Source: Ruditapes philippinarum (taxonomy: Eukaryota). From it: a DNA stretch of 64,000 nt. The stretch is taken from assembly GCF_026571515.1 (NCBI RefSeq), contig NW_026866660.1, positions 1 through 64,000 of the forward strand. Reading direction: 5' to 3'. A program made the position numbers and the translations under genes. The notes under the pieces were generated by a model, which did no database searches, was not told where the DNA came from, and saw nothing but the letters and a program-made list of their open reading frames with translations. Below, piece by piece: positions 15,601 to 29,600 of the stretch (the first letter of the stretch is position 1; every line of letters begins with the position of its first letter).

Positions 15601-18600
15601 TACATCTTCGTGCAGAAGTTAAGAATTAAAAATCCATAAAAGGTGGTTTGTTTTTCTTATTAAGTTGTTAACTGAACAAATTTGATATTTTATTTTAGAA
15701 GGGATTATTTTAAAGAAAGATTTACAAAATACTTTTTTTCAAAATTATCATTACTTGTCTACTGCAGTAAGTTTGTTTTGTACAATTTGGAAATAAGATA
15801 CTGTTAAAATTAAAGAAAATCATAATAATAATTTTAAATGATTATTATTGTTTTGATAATTTACAGCGAAAAAGGTGCTTATAGAAGTAATGGGAAAAAT
15901 GTTTTTGGTTCATTGAATTCATTTGAAAAAATAAAAATTTTTAAACAAGATTTTTTAAAATATTTTTGAAAAACTGTTTTATTTTTTAAGATGAAGGGGT
16001 ATTTTTTTGAAAATTTTTAATATGTTTGATAGTTTTTTTATTTTCCCTCCCAGCAGCTTTAAAATATGAAAATAAGAATAAAAGGGGAATTTTAAATTTA
16101 TTAGAGAAACAAAAAAAATTACTACCAAAAAGGGAATTAAACCCCCAAAAACCCTTTTTCCCTTTATTTTTTTGCGGGGAGACTTTTAAAGGGGCAGGAC
16201 CAAATTGGGTTTTGGATTTTTTTTCCCAGATAGGTTAGATTATAAAATTTTGTTTTTTTCTGCCATATTTTAAAAAAGACACCTTGAAAATTCTCTTTAG
16301 TTTAAAAACCCAAAGATTTGCAAGTACAATAATTTGGGTAAACATTTTTTGGCGTAATTGAAATTCAATTCTTTTTAAATGGTCGCATGTTCAAAAGGAA
16401 ACAAGACGGGGAGATATAAGTTAGTCCTTAAATTTTTTTGTTCTTTTTATTAATGACCTATTGTACTTATCTTCGGGAACAATGTTGTGATAGGTGGCAT
16501 TATATAAATATTTAACTATTTTCCGGATATTATAATGAATTATTAGCAGATGAATGTTGCAGACACTTGCTGACATTTGCAACGCCATGCTTTAATGCTT
16601 TCAAGTCGTTTTGGCGACAATGTGACAATAAGTGTGTCAAATAAGGGCAAGGTAAGAAAAAAAAGTATTCCCCGTAGAGGTTGGTCCTTTAAAAACAGTT
16701 CAGAGAAACATAGGAGGTTTTGGGGATAGACAATAAACCTAACATTCAGATTATTTAAATGTATGGGTCTCTGCTTTTCAACACCCCTAAATTTTTCAAT
16801 GGCCCAAAAACACAAGCACTCGTATAAGTTGGCGTCTTAAGCAACAAAATCTTGTCTTATTGAAAACATAAGAAAGGGTAATCAAAGGCAAAATTTTGGA
16901 TATTTTAAATATTTTTGGGAAATTATTTTAAAGGTGTTTTGATTCAATGGGTTTTTTAACACCTACACTTTTGTTACGGATCAGATATATGGGGATTTGA
17001 AAAATATTCCTTCATAATCACAGGAGAGAGGTTTCAAAGTAAAAGTTATTATACAGAAAAATTTCTGGATTAAAATTAATAAAAAACAATTCAACGATGG
17101 GGTAAGCGCTTGGCGAATGTGGGTCGTTTTCCCGGGGTTGTATTTTTTTCTACTAAAAATTTGTAAGAAAATTTGGTGGGTTTAAATTTAAATGCCTTTA
17201 ATGCCGAATCATAAAATTATCATAAAAACTGTCGTCCTGATCATTAAAAAACTTAGGATGAAACTTTGGGGAAGACCGGTACACATAAAGCATCAGAGAT
17301 TCGAGAAAATCTCTGTTTTAAATTTTGGTTTGTATTTTGTATTTGGCTGTCCCCAAGATTGTTTAGGTGATAATCACCATATTTATTATAAATTAAAACG
17401 GCCCAAATTTCTGATTTGTCCTTTACACAGGAACGGAATCTGAATAAATTTTTTCATTTATATCTCTTCTAGATTGTTAATCATTATCAAGAGGTTTTTA
17501 AATCCTTTGTTAGAATGAAGAGTTTATACTTAAGATTGGATGTCGCATTTATGTATTCTTCGGTTATCAAAAAAAGCTTTGGGTAAAATTCAGATGTTTC
17601 GAGTCAATTAAACTGGGGTATCATACTTTTGGTAAGACACTATGGGGATACCAAGAGATGAAAAGGAGTATGTAATCTATTTGTTTTTAAGTTATCAAAA
17701 AAACAGTGGTAGAGGATGAAATTTTGTGGAGTGTAAAAAGTTATTCGCAGGCCAAGAGATTTATACCTGGGTTTAATGTTGGTAGCATTATGCTTGATGG
17801 TTTGTCAAATGGTAAAAGCTGTTACAATAATAACAAGGATTGTTTAAAATTATATGTAGGTTGGATTTCATACAATAGTAAACTGAGATACCCTTGCTTT
17901 TCACTATGTAAAAGTGTTGTTTTTTTCTAAAATAATGTGGTGCATCTCTCTACAACAGTGGGAATTTCTGGTATTGTAAATGTATAATGGGCCGATGGCT
18001 TTCCTATACAAATGAAATGTTGTTATTGTTATAGTATTAATAACTAGAACTGCCACTGTCATGGCGTGAAATACCCGCCGCATACCAAATTTGGGCGGAA
18101 TTTAAAGTGACCCTTGGAAGTCAAAAAACCTCCCGCAAAAATGAGGGTTTTCTAAGCTAGTGTTGTAAGTTTTTGTATTTCATGCTTCAAAAGTGAAAAA
18201 GTCAAAAAACAAAAACATTGGGGGGACAGGCAAATTTAAAAAGGGGGCATCTTCTATTTAAAAACAACCACAATTTCCAAATTTTGAAGAAATGTTTACC
18301 AAAGGGCCCGAAAACAAATTTAGCGGACAAACTTTTTTTTAGTTTAAAGGCCCCCCGGGGGGACCTTGAAATTTTAAACCCAAATGACTTCAAAAATTTA
18401 AAAATGGGGCATCTAAAGGTCAAAGATAAACCTCCCTGCCAAATAAAAAGACTTGGGTTCCCAAAAAATTCTTTTAAATTTTTTTTGGGCCCGGGCCCAA
18501 ACTTTTTTTTAAAATCAATGCCCTATTGACCTTGACCTTTGAACCCCTGGTGACCAAAATCAGAGGGGTCATCCTACTAATTCATGAACGAACCTCCATG

Positions 18601-21012
18601 CCAATATGAAAGACTGTTGGGGTCCAATGGAAATTTTTAAGGTTTATTTGGCGGACAAAGGCTTTTTGAAATCAAAGGCCCCTGTGACCTTTTTACCTTT
18701 GACCTGGTGACCTAAAAATCAAATAGGGGTCATCTACTAATTATTTACTAACCTTCCATAGCAAATATGAAGACTGTGGGTCAATGGATTTTTTAAGTTA
18801 TTGAGCGGACAAGCGGGTTTTGAAGTAAAGGCCCTGTGACCCCTTTTCCTCAGACTGGTGACCTCAAAATCAAAAGGGGGGTCATCTTTGATAGTGACTC
18901 ACCTCAATGCCAAATATGAAAGACTGTGGGTTTCAAATATTTCTAAGTATTATTGCCGGAAAAGCTTTTTTTGAAGTCAAGGTCTCTATGACCTTGAACC
19001 TTTGACCTGGTGACGGCTCAAAATCAATAGGGGTCATCTACTAATCGTGACTCACCTCCATGCAAAATATGAAGACTGTGGGTCAAAATATTTTTAAGTT
19101 ATTGGGCTGACAATCTTTTTGAAGTCAAGGCCTCTGTGACCTTGGCCTTCGACACGGTGACATTAATATCAATAGGGGTCATCTACTAATCATGACTAAC
19201 CTCCATGCCAAATCTGAAAACTATTGGTCATAGGAGACTGTGGGTCAAAATATTTTTAAGTTATTGGGCGGACTAGCTTTTTGAAGTCGAGTCCCCCGTG
19301 ACCTTGACCTTTGACCTGGTGACCTCTAAATTAAGAAGGGTCATCTTCTAATCATGACTAACCTCCATGCCATATATGAAGACTGTGGGTCAAAGGATTC
19401 TAAAGTTATCGGGCGGACAAGAGAAAAACCGACGGACGCCCGACGGCCGGACAGCCGGACGGACAAGCTGATTCCAGTATACCCCCGTTACAACTTTGTT
19501 GTGCGGGGGTATAAAAAGATGTATGTAAAATATTAGAGGTCCGCAAATATTGTTGAGCATTCTGCCCCTGAAAAAAATATACTTTTCTGTAAAAACTACA
19601 AGAAATGTATATCTTTAAATTATGTTATTGTTTTTATTATTAAGAGGGATGTACAACAATAAACGTGACTTGGGCTGTCAATAATTGGAAAATTTTCAAA
19701 TAATCACTTATTTTTATATATCACACTTAATCGGAAATGAATACATACAAACTGACACCATATCTAATCTGATACCGGAAATAGCTTGTCCGTAACAGCA
19801 AATTTAAAAATTCACGGTCACTCAAATCGGCGCAGTGCGTAAACTTGCGCTGACAAAAGACACTTTATGATACGTATATTTTACAATAGGGCAAATTTGG
19901 ATTTCAAAATATACCAAAACGTCATTAGCCATATCTTTGACATTGTCATAAAAAAATGGCTTTATAAAAACTACATTTATAGTTGCAATCACAATTCAAA
20001 CGTCTTGTTAAAGAAAAAGCTGCGTTAATACTATGTCGTCGGAACGTCTTGAAAATCAATCAATAAGAGAATTTTTGTCAAAAGTAAGGCAAAAGCTGTC
20101 TTAAACATAGAAAAGTATTATGGCTCTCAAGGGCAAAGTTCCAGGAAGCCAACACATAGATTTTGAAAGGCATAAACGATTAAAAAAGTTATTAGAGATA
20201 TAGAGAACAAATAAGGGAGTGGTAGAAAGAAAAAAAACATGTTCAATGACGTTGTTGACGCCAATCGCCGAGACGTTAACTAATGACTGGCGATTTACTA
20301 CGATGTTCGACAGTAGCTACCGGACGTTGCAGTCAACTCAGAATAACAAAAGATTTTAAGATGTTAATGGTAATGCGTATATTATTATACTCTTGGTTTA
20401 CAATTGTATAAATTATTTTACGTAATGGTCTGATGGTGAAATTTTGTCAACAAATTGTTAAAAAGTCACGTTAAAATTGGTTATGCGTTTTATTTATTTT
20501 GAAACAATGGCAATTTTTTTGTAACTTGTATTTTTTTCGCTTATGTGTGATTCATTATGAAGTAATGATACGCAGGCAGTTTAAATCTCTATCTTTAATG
20601 TTTCTAGTTGGTTCATGTTGAACTGCCGGCCCGCTCGAACCTTCCGCGCTCATTCTCGAAATCATCTTTTTAATCAACACGTGAGACTACAATCTTTATT
20701 ATTCACGTACTCAATATAGTCCTAATCAATATAACGATTATCATCAATGTTGCCATAGGTAGTCTCTGAAAATACCATGAATAGTGCGAAAGTCATTATT
20801 ACACTTAACATCACTGTTATCACAATGGTCGTCAACAAATTAAAATAAAACTTATCAGAATCATTATCATCACAATGTTCACATTTAAAGTTATAGTAGC
20901 AATATTTGCAATTAATGATAAATTCCATGTATTTACCTGATCCAGTGACCAAAAATGTCACTGAAATGATTTGAAGAAATCCAAAAAATAAATAAATGAT
21001 ACTTTTCATCAT
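625..21012 (-). CDS. Gene A: multi-exon IgSF protein, signal peptide plus two copies of a three-Ig basigin/neuroplastin-like module; 3' end outside the window
   Basis: GT-AG exons with compatible phases, in transcription order: 21012-20937 (MMKSIIYLFFGFLQIISVTFLVTGS); module 1: 15316-15153, 14994-14799 (frameshifted in this assembly), 12643-12458, 11787-11689, 11182-10895; module 2: 9133-8961, 8806-8641, 4110-3928, 1479-1381, 912-625. Ig hallmarks: LDC..FYKDG..DRGKYQC, FLC..WERNG..DLGAYQC, LELKCKVSGYPTPIVSWFKD..DEGIYKC. The basigin-like label is from resemblance only. Confidence 0.85.
1675..2157. mobile_element. Non-autonomous DNA transposon (MITE) with TACCGTA termini
   Basis: Terminal inverted repeats TACCGTATAAGTGGTTTTTTCTG / CAGAAAAAAAACAACTTATACGGTA; same family as 25404-26116. 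Confidence 0.65.
3410..3655 (+). mobile_element. Degenerate tRNA-derived SINE
   Basis: B-box-like GGGTTCAAATCCC near 3463-3475, followed by a body whose 3' half matches the reverse complement of 43942-44056 (GTGxCTGGAAxAATGCA...AAGATGG...ATGACC). Confidence 0.6.
4197..4577. repeat. Direct tandem duplication (2 x about 190 bp) of an interspersed repeat end
   Basis: GGTAGACCAT..GTAATGCA...TTTGCTAAATA occurs twice back to back; a related sequence lies at about 34315-34460. Confidence 0.8.
6470..6725 (+). pseudogene. Decayed mariner transposase C-terminal remnant
   Basis: ORF 6470-6685 contains NDNAS (cf. HDNA), YSPNLAP (cf. mariner YSPDLAP) and KLKKYL; another frame reads DYRNAFKDWI. Internally deleted and frameshifted. 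Confidence 0.65.
6866..7879. mobile_element. Tc1/mariner-type MITE
   Basis: TIRs CGAGGGTTGTCCCAAAAGTCCGTGACAA / TTGTCACAGAATATTGGGACAACCCTCG, with TA on both flanks. Confidence 0.85.
10220..10430 (+). repeat. Dispersed repeat family R1 copy
   Basis: AATGTTGAATTCTGCTTAAG.CGGTGCTAGGGGGCGTGGACG...CATGAACAGGCTCAATCAAACC, shared with 21660-21790 and 53728-53910, and inverted at 51260-52640. Confidence 0.75.
13145..14223. mobile_element. hAT-type non-autonomous transposon with 8-bp target site duplication
   Basis: TIR TAGGGATGGCAAC / GTTGCCATCCCTA, subterminal TACTCG repeats, and perfect TSD CTAATATT at 13137-13144 and 14224-14231. Confidence 0.9.
13705..13870. mobile_element. Palindromic (foldback) MITE nested in the hAT element
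   Basis: Arms TATGTTGTAGCA..AAAATTGATAT / ATATCAATTTT..TGCTACAACATA around a GACCTTCGGTC loop. Confidence 0.6.
18042..19513 (+). mobile_element. Helentron/HINE-like non-autonomous element with internal tandem repeats of about 140 bp
   Basis: Starts AACTAG; repeats GTGACCTTGACCTTTGACCTGGTGACC..AGGGGTCATCTACTAATC; CGGA-type microsatellite; 3' hairpin CCCCCG..ACAACTTTGTTGT..CGGGGG then ATAA. Confidence 0.75.
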
Positions 21013-21659
21013 GAAAACACACTAACTAAATACAAATTGTCAAAATTCACTACTTTCAACAGCGTATGTGCACTTTTAATGTGGAAGTGAAAACATCTGA
21101 ATATTTAATATATTTAATGGTGTAAATAGTTGTTTATTCACTGGTTATGTTTATACTATTTCCGGTTACTGATATGTATCAAGATTTAATCAGTATATTT
21201 GTTTCGTGATTTATCCTTGGTGTAACGTTCAAAACAAATATTATTATTGTTTCTGAGATCATTCAAAATAAACAAACTAGGTAAAACTAGTTTGGATATA
21301 ATACCTACTTGTTTTGTAGAGTTTACCAGCTCTTATCGTTTAGTAGTTTCATTATTTTCTTCTGCACTTTTATATTTAAGTTGTTGATATTATTAAAAAT
21401 ATAGACTAAAAAACTAAAAGATACCATGTAATTCTTATTCTCATTTTAGATTTAAGAATCTTATATTATCATTGACAATTTTTAAGTGACATTTAACTTT
21501 TCATGATTATATTTTGTTTTATGCTTCACAACAGCAGGTGTCAAGTGCCGTGTGGCAGCTGTAAAAAGTTGCCCCGTACTTCACTTCAGTGTTGTTATAT
21601 TTTCTGGTCCTTCGGGATCATTGATGCCAGCACTATTAAGTGTTGAGAATTGAGTACCG

Positions 21660-21790
21660 CTCAAGCCGGTGCTAGGGGGCGTGAGGGATGTTGCACTTAT
21701 TCAGTATCCCTCATGTACAGACTCAATCAAACCGAGTCTGCAATTCTCTTGTAATTTTGTTGTGATTAATGCTTCCGAGGGATCACTTTG
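21660..21790 (+). repeat. Dispersed repeat family R1 copy between divergent genes A and B
   Basis: AAGCCGGTGCTAGGGGGCGTGA...CTCAATCAAACCGA matches 10305-10380. Confidence 0.65.
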
Positions 21791-23675
21791 TTTCCAGAAT
21801 TTTAGTATTGACACATATACAAGAGATATCAAACCATATCGATTGAAAAATAATTAAGATTTAGGTTTAACTTTTATATCTGTTATAAAGGACAACAAAA
21901 ACACATGTGGTATTAACAGTTAATTAAAGGACAGTTTTATTTATTTCATCTTTATCTCAGTTTTCAAGTGGTAAAAACACCTATAGCTTTTATATGAAAA
22001 AAGAATATCTTAACAAATTATGATTAATGTAAGATTTGATAAACAAGAAAGAGGGTGGGTGAAGAAGAAAGAAAGCCAATCACATTTGTCATCTATCAAT
22101 GTGACATCGTTGTATCTTGAAGTTCATATGTATAATATCTAGTTAAGATTGTGCATTTTTGTGCAAAAATGAGGGAGGATAACGATCAAACTTTAAACAC
22201 ATCAAGTTGTAAAATTACCATATTTTAACTCATTTTACATCAAAACGTACATGTATGAAAATTCTAACATGTATATAGAATCTAAATATATCTTTATTTA
22301 ACAATTTTCCAAAAAAAAATGATAAAAACAAAATAAAAAAATAAATAATCTGACCGGACTTAAAGAATAAAAAAACGAAAAACAAAAAGAAAATTTTGCT
22401 GACCACATGTAAACTCTGTATCATCATTTAGATTGCATACCCATTAGAAGGGGTGTTCTGAATTTAGCCGTCTAATGTCATTATTAGTTTAATGTTTTTC
22501 TCTGAAATGAAGAAAATATATATTGGATATATTAATGCTTATGTAGCACTGTTCACAAAACCCATGTTTTCTGCAACCTTCTGCCAAAATGACTTTTAAT
22601 ATACAAAGTGCATTACACATAGATATATGAAATGCATTTATAAACGATGTGAACTTAGAAAAAAATATTTCAAATCAATGTTTTGAAATAGAAAAAAAAA
22701 GAAAACTTCTGGTTAGAAGAAAAAAGTTATTTTCAGTCCTGAAACAAAACAATATATTCCATATGTTATACATGCGCGTGAAGCTATCTAAAAAGTCTTA
22801 AGCAGACGAGTGATAGGTCCTTGCGAGCAAAATGAGCTGACAGAACGAGAAAAATATTTTATCTAGAGATATAATTATGTATACAAGTGTATATAAACAT
22901 TAATGCAATTTATGAAGAATTATTTATAGTCGACATGATTTGATATCAGTTTAATCTTCATCAATTTCTTTCTTGAAAAAAAAAACGAAGCAGACGGCCG
23001 ACAAAATTTACGACCAAGACTCTCGACTGTCTTAAGACATACAATAAATGAATTTGAAATAAAAACCTTTTTTTTCGTTTTCTTACTTAACAGGTTATGG
23101 ACAACATTAATGTAGAGAAATGTAATGAAACAGCTGCACAAGTGTGGCACAAAGTCAAATTGATCATTTACATAAAAGGCCTTTCTCAGCACCATCACGT
23201 TAATTTTGTATAGACGGATAACACTTGAAATTAAAAAGTAAAAATCATATTTAGAAAAAAGAACATTACATACTTTATTAATTCATGTTCTCTTATTTAG
23301 TCAGGATATAACGTTCTTTATTCATTGCATTTTCAAGAAATGGACTCCTTACAAGAATATGGCATGCCTTTCGATTTGAAATGAAAAATAAAGAGTGAAG
23401 AAAAGCTGTTGATTGAGAATAGTATATCAAATATTTGTCCACAAAAAAGCACACAACAAATTACAACTTGACTTAATTGTTTATGAGTTTTTAAGTGGCT
23501 AACATATTGAAAATGAAAACAGGAAGAGAAGGGGCAACTTCTTAAACATAAACAGGATGTTTACTGATTATTTCAGATAAACAAATTCAATATTTACATG
23601 TTAATAAACGCGTATAAACATTATACCATTTTATTGATAGTGTCGATGTTAAACTGTTTTAATAATAGATCTAAA

Positions 23676-26600
23676 ATGTTTCTTTCGCCTAGCAACGCAT
23701 TTGGAAATTTTAAATGGTTTCTTTTCATTATCGTTCTATGTCTAGTCAAAGGTAAGAAAGAAACATATACAAATTCATGAAAAAAATGTATAAGCGAAAT
23801 AATAATAGTAGTAATAGCAACAACAACAACAGTAAAAAGATAATAATAGTAATGGTAATTAAATCATATTAATGACTTCACTAAAATGTGTGCATTATAA
23901 AGTGCAAAAATATTTATAATGCATGTTAATCATTATCAAATGTCCGGATAATTTATCCTGATAGCGATAAATGATTCAGGTATTATAAATAGATACATAA
24001 TATAACATATAAAGAAAACAAAGCATTTAAGACCTATTACATCTATTCAAATTTCAAAGACTTAAAATACTTTCTTTGTATATTTTCAGTTACCACCTTA
24101 GACTTTACCATATCCAACGATAAAGTTTTGGAAGGTAGTTCAGGAACATTGACCATGATTTGTCATATAACAGAAACAGATGTTGATTATGTTTTCAATA
24201 TACAGATATTACGAATAAAATCCAAAAGTGTTTCAGAGACAAATCCCAGTAATTGGGATAGCTTAGCTGAAATGCACTTTGGACAAACCGAGAGACCAAG
24301 TTTGAGTCCAGCTATTAATGCAAGTGCTAAGGATTACGTTGCTGGAGGTTCATGGGGCAAGATAACACCTGTTAGTACATATCTTACACTGTCTATGAAC
24401 ATAGAGAAGTTAGTTTGTGATGATGCTAGAGCCTACAAATGTAGATTGATTTATAAAAGCTCTTCATCCGCAAGTATTGTATCTGTTGAAAATATGGGCA
24501 GTTTTAAAGTTTATGGTAAGTACATTTACAATGTCGTAAACGCTTGCATCAATTCGACATGAGCTCAAATCAATTTAAAATAGTTTATTGACATTGTAAA
24601 AAGATTACAGTGTATAGCTTTTTCAAACAATAAGTCAGAATATTGTATCATATACATGTCTTCTTTACTGTTTATAACTTTTTTATCAACCGTGTATTAT
24701 TTTTTATTTCTATGTTTCTAAAACTTACTTGATCAGATAGAAAATAATGATATTGAAGATTTACAAAAATCAATAATTTGTATATATATATATATATAAA
24801 ATATATTAAAGTCAATCATTTTCTACATCTGTGTCACCAATTTCCAATTATTATTATTCTGAACTACTATTTTCCAGATAAGCCTCAAATAACATCGTTG
24901 ATAGCAAGAATGAATGGTATTCTTGTACAAAAATCGTCATCTATGAAAATGGTCACGTGTAATGTAGGAGATGTTATAGAGCTCACGTGCACTGCTAACA
25001 TAGGAAGTTTACCGGAAACAATAATTAGGTGGCGTAGGGCACCAGCAAACACATCAACAGATCAGTTTATCGATTACCAACCAGCACCGGGTACAAACGA
25101 TGATGGAACTGCAATCAGTAACAGTCAATGTGGGTATACCAGAGTAGCTTCTATAAGATATAAAATTGAACCATCAGATGTTGATACTGATAGAGAAAAC
25201 GACATTGGATTTGAGTGTTATATAAGTCTAAGTGGAGATATTTATGGAAACTCCTTTGTAACTAAAGACAACCCAAGGTTTCTCGCTGACGCTAGTAAGT
25301 TTTTTGTATTTAAATTAAACAGACAAATGCCAATACGAGTGATGATCGTGTAAATTACATTTGAACACAAATACTAGTATGTTGCTTTGTTATTTACATT
25401 AAATACCATATAAGTACTTTTTTCTGCGGGAACTTTATGTCTGCTATTTCTGCGGTTCATAACGACACCGCAGATTTAAAAACCGCAGAAAATTAAGCCT
25501 TTCCCTGTTCGGTATGTCGGAATATGTCAACCACCGGTATTGTATAAATACATTACCCTGTACCGTTATCACCCTTTGTAAAAGGGAAATTTTCTTTATG
25601 TATCAGTCGTGATTTTATTATTAGAAAAAAATTGTTACTTTGCTTGTTCATTTTTCCCAAATAAATATCATGTTTGTATGATTTTCGCTCACCCTATCTT
25701 GATTTCTTTTTAGTAAAATAAAACTGTTCGTGCAATAAACATATCCTTTTGTATTTGTACACTACGTGCGATTTTGCCATTATTTATTTTTCACACTTCA
25801 TATTTATTCAATACAGTATAAAACTGGTTGCCAAAGCACGTTTTTATTTGTGTTTATTAACGTGTATATATCGATACAATTTGATTACGAAGAAACACAT
25901 TATTTGTTGTCTGGAGGTTATCCGGAACATGGTACGTCAACAAATTTTGAAATGTTGTTTGTATTTATCGGTTAATTTTGCAAAAATATCTTAATTAAGA
26001 CGCATCAATGCGAGAATGATGACCCCGAAGAAATAAGATACGCAGAAATTTTAAACCCCTTATTTTAACAAAAATCACAGAATATTAAGCCCGCAGAAAT
26101 AAGTACTTTTACGGTATAGTGTTTGGTTTTGATTTATGGCACTATATCATATCGTAGAAAGTTTGTTTTATGTCTTTCAAAGTCTTTCTTAGACAATTCC
26201 CGTTATAATTCTAGTATTATTATATTATTATCCCCCACCAATAAATGTGTTGGGGGTGGCTATAATGGATTCGCTTTGTCGCGTCGGTCGGTCCGTCCGT
26301 CTCCATTATTGTGTCGGCTCTATAAATCCTATACCAATTGAAGAATTTTCTTCAAACTTGGCTCAAATGTTCATCTCAACTAGGCAATGTGCAAAACCCA
26401 TCTTACCCTTGTGCCAGCTTAAGGTCAAGGCCACAGAGTCGAACATTGATTTAGAAAATGTTCTGAAATTTTAATATGTACATGAATATTTCTAAAACTA
26501 GAACAGATTATCATTTGAAACTTCAAATATATACAAAGTGTCGCAAGTAAGATATGCAGGTCAAGTTTCATAACTAAAAAAATGTTGGGGATAACTTTGT

Positions 26601-29600
26601 ATTGTATTTTGACAAAGTTAAGTCTTTTTTCATGTCTTTAAATTTATTTACTATAATATTTCATAAACCAGAGCAGATATTTACTTGAAATTAAAATTTA
26701 TATGAATGGTTTACAAGCAAGCTCAGATGACAAAAATTCTACAATTCCATTGAATTATGACACAAGTTATGCCCCCTTTTAGGCTTAGAAAATTTTCTGA
26801 TATAACCATTAATACTAAATGTTTTGAAACTAGAACAGATATTCACTTGACTTAAAACTATATATGAAGGGTCACAAGTAAGCTCAGTATGCAAAGTTTT
26901 TCCACTCTTAATTACATTTTGACATAATTATGCCATTTTCTTAACTTCACTACTTATGTTTGTTTGTTTTAGTACATTGGGAAAATGAAAGGTTATTTGT
27001 AACTGTTTCGAACATGATTTGACAATATATATTTATACTTTACCTGCGTGTACAATTTGTCTTTTTTTCGCAAGAGATAATTTTTTTATGTATATGTATT
27101 TGTGCCCATAACCACCTTTCCAAGTCGTATTATGTCAAGGACATTTGTGGGGGTATGAATCCCATTAAGCGATAGTTCTAGTTTTTACATTAATGTATCA
27201 TCAATTGTCAGTGTCTCAAATCGTCAAATAGATGTAAGATCCAACTCACTCAATCGAAAAACACAATTACTAATAAGTAATTTCCTTAGGTCCATAAATT
27301 TCTAAAGTGTAATGCGGTTTTCGAATTTGAACATTTTTTGAATCTATGTACAAGTTTATAAACTGTTTTCTATATCCGCACGTTCTTTTAGCATTGGAAT
27401 GTTTCTAAAATACTGAAACTATAAAATATCATTTATTTATCATAACAACAAAAACAATCAATGTTTCACATTTAATCCTTTGAAATCCTTTTTCAATACC
27501 ATGGAGTTCGTAACGTTTAAACCACACGTTTTGTTAAATCATAAAATTGATTTTATCTTAATCTTTTCTTTTAAATTCCAGTGCTGTTTATTTCATATTT
27601 AAAAAATGAAGAAGAAAAAAACATTTCACAAAGTTATTTTCTAATAAGTATTGCTTCATGGTCGATAATATTATGATGACATTTCCATTTGCAGATGAGC
27701 TAACGACATTAAGAAACCCAGTCGACGTCACGAAAGGTAATTTATGAATGATTTTCTTTGACATTAAAGTGCGTTGAAATAACTTATATTGGACCTTCAG
27801 ACAGAACAAAATATATTTGAAAGAAGAGTTTCAGTGCATTTATTGACATTTATTTTATGCTTTTCAGTGGATTACTGATTTATCCGTGAAAATTATATTT
27901 GATAATTTCACAGTGAAAATTATCAAAATATATTTTCACACTTTTCAATGACGAAACTACTTTTTTAAGATTTTCCCCATGTGGTACCTCAATTTTATTT
28001 TTTCTGACTATTCCGACAATGTCAGGCTGTTTAAAGAAAAACAAAAGTGAAATTGATAAATAACTTATATGTCAAAAGTAATAAAAAGAAGAAAACTTAC
28101 AGTATGTTACTTCTATTCATTCAAAATACCAATCACCAAATATCGTCTCTTTAATTTTTTGTTTCATTTTTACAGTCTGAAAAATCACTCCTTCCACATG
28201 CAAAACTGCTCTTGATGACATTTGGGAATATTTAAGTATCCTACGAGCAAAAACTGCCGTATGCTTAATGAAAACTTGAAAAGCAATGGCAGCTTTCAGT
28301 CGAGGAATATGTAAAAATCCCAGCGTTCGTAAGGCTTCCAAAATTTCCACTTTCCTATCCACTTTTTTGAATATTTACACATCTGTCAACACTTATTTAT
28401 TGTCTGTTACAATCCTCAAATAAGTTTTCTATCTTTTAAAAAGGTGTATGACTAAGAAATCCAAATGATATCCCCCTGAATCAAACACAATTATTTTCCT
28501 TTAGTGAAATTACTTTAAAAATGGCGGCCGCTTACATTTAACAAAGCAAGGTCTAATATAAATTCGCAGTCAGTAACAGAAATATGGATGGATGGTTGGA
28601 CTTTTTCTCCAACTAGAATTGTTTGTTTTTATTATTTAAACAAGCGATCAGACATATTTGTTTAATAAAATGAATACTATCACCACCATTTAACGTTGAT
28701 TGTGGAACTTATTTTTCAGCCCATGACTTCTTGTATCTAATGAGAAATTCGACTTTTTGAGGCTCTCAAAGGGGAAAACAGATTTTAATATTAACGTAAA
28801 TATTAGGGAAATTTCGTTTTAACTTGTTTTTAAGCATAAAATAAAAAGAAAATTTGTTTGTTTGTTGTGTAAGATGTAATTTTATTTCATCTCGTGAACT
28901 TTAAAAACAGTATTCTCACTCGTGGCTACGCCACTCGTGAGAATACTGTTTTTAAAGCCCACTCGATGAAATAAAATTTCATCTTACACACAAACAATCA
29001 AATATCCTCTATATATTTCTAAATTACAAAAAAGATAAACAGCTCAAGTCAAATTATGTGAGATAAATACTTTTTGCATGAAGGAACATTTCCTTTATTG
29101 CCTTAATCATTTTTCATTTATGCTATTTAATTTTATTTTCAACATCTCATTTTCTAATCAAACACTAAATAGAAAATCAGAAGAGTTTTTTACAGATTCC
29201 TGAAAAAAGTAGAACCTACATTAACCGCAGATAATCCCCAATACATTTTTATAACAAAGCGAAAGTCGGCCCATATTAAATGATAAAATGTCAATTCGAA
29301 GCGTGTATACATTAGATGCTTGACTCGTATTAGATGCTTGACTCGTATTATTTAGTACCTTTACTTGTTTTCCCTTAAGACAATGTGGATGCGTCTCTCA
29401 CTATAAGCAATATAAGTGCAGCTGAGAAAAATTATACCAAGCGATTTCAGTGATCCCATCATTGTAATTATAATACTATATATCTTGAAAAAAACTTATA
29501 CTTACATACATTTTATTAAGTTATTTATTGACAGATTAAATGGAATATTTATATATAAATTTCAGGTTATAACGATATCGAATTATCAATGAGTGGAATG

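Noticed and set aside
16026-18529. K/F/G/P-rich ORFs
   Set aside because: Products of homopolymer-inflated, low-quality sequence and satellite repeats.
20722-20936. Read-through of the signal-exon ORF as a 96-aa two-TM protein
   Set aside because: A canonical phase-1 donor at 20936 splices in frame to the Ig exon; the rest looks like low-complexity intron.
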